Positions 63,478-64,000 of a stretch of DNA of 64,000 bases are shown piece after piece; within the stretch, counting starts at the first letter, position 1; every line of letters starts with the position of its first letter. The translations under genes were made by a program, and so were the position numbers. The notes below the pieces were generated by a model. The model was not told the DNA's origin. It did not search any database and worked only from the letters and a program-made list of their open reading frames with translations. Source of the DNA: Malacoraja senta (taxonomy: Eukaryota); NCBI GenBank assembly GCA_038087875.1, contig JAXLNO010000680.1, positions 248,001 through 312,000 on the forward strand. Reading direction: 5' to 3'.

Positions 63478-63607
63478 CTTTCGCCTGCTCCACCGTCAGC
63501 CCCGGCGGCGTCTGTTGTTGCTGTTGTTGTTGTTGCAACTGTTGTTGCTGTTGCTGTTGCTGCTGCAGCTGCTGTTGCTGTTGTTGTTGCTGTGGAGCCG
63601 CCGCCAT
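63478..63607 (-). CDS. C12orf57: C12orf57 exon 1 with polyglutamine tract
   Basis: MAAAP-Q8-L-Q9-L-Q8-TPPGLTVEQAK plus G then GTGTGT donor; LTVEQAK matches recalled human LSAEQAK; phase 1 joins exon 2 to give V. Confidence 0.88.
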
Positions 63608-63629
63608 TTGGCCCCCTCCTCGGCCCCAC

Positions 63630-64000
63630 TGGAGGAGCAGTTACAGCGCCCCCACGTAGCCGGAGGACCAGCTGGGAGGACCAGGGACAGCGCCCCCACA
63701 TGGCTGGAGGACCAGCTGGGAGGACCAGGGACAGCGCCCCCACATGCCTGGAGAACCAGCTGGGAGGATCAGGGACAGCGCCCCCACATGGCCGGAGGAC
63801 CAGCTGGGAGGACCAGGGACAGCGCCCCCACATGGCTGGAGGACCAGCTGGGAGGACCAGCTACAGCGCCCCCACATGGCTGGAAGACCAGGTACAGAGC
63901 CCCCACATGGCTGGAAGACCAGGTACAGAGCCCCCACATGGCTGGAGGACCAGGGACAGCGTCCCCACATGGCCGGAGGACCAGGGACAGCGCCCCCAGA
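63630..64000. repeat. About 44-bp GC-rich minisatellite immediately upstream of the C12orf57 ATG
   Basis: Units GGAGGACCAGCTGGGAGGACCAGGGACAGCGCCCCCACATGGCT with shorter variants; runs off the window end. Confidence 0.93.

Noticed and set aside
63183..63833. Poly-Thr/Ala, poly-Cys and poly-Asn ORFs
   Set aside because: Alternative frames of the CAG/CAA tract; only the polyQ frame links to conserved C12orf57 sequence.
63608..64000. U7 snRNA gene expected near C12orf57 from human synteny
   Set aside because: No U7 Sm site (AATTTGTCTAG) or 3' hairpin is visible; it may lie beyond the window.

Overview
Repeat-rich vertebrate genomic DNA, most likely a cartilaginous fish (skate, ray or shark), inferred from HE1/V-SINE-like SINEs, CR1, L2, Rex1, Tx1 and Penelope retroelements. 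It is not prokaryotic, and most ORFs in the track are artefacts of simple repeats or transposon debris. Two convergent spliced genes can be read from the sequence. (1) The 3' four exons of a TRIM coiled-coil/PRY-SPRY (B30.2) gene on + (22782-23012, 25114-25136, 26816-26931, 31265-31809); its RING/B-box exons were not found in the window. (2) A complete three-exon C12orf57 (protein C10/GRCC10) orthologue on - (63478-63607, 46297-46473, 44935-45074) with an unusual N-terminal Q8-L-Q9-L-Q8 tract. The 17 kb first intron of C12orf57 holds a full-length LINE-1 with two intact ORFs and a perfect 16-bp TSD nested in a MITE, a nearly intact Tc1, a deleted Tc1 and a Penelope element. More than 20 copies of a Penelope terminal module carry a minimal hammerhead ribozyme core, often as inverted pairs. 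Other features are a solo LTR inside a 4.1 kb hAT-like shell, duplicated decoy splice acceptors in both genes, a chimeric CR1 insertion carrying a copy of the TRIM micro-exon, several minisatellites and a 200-N assembly gap.
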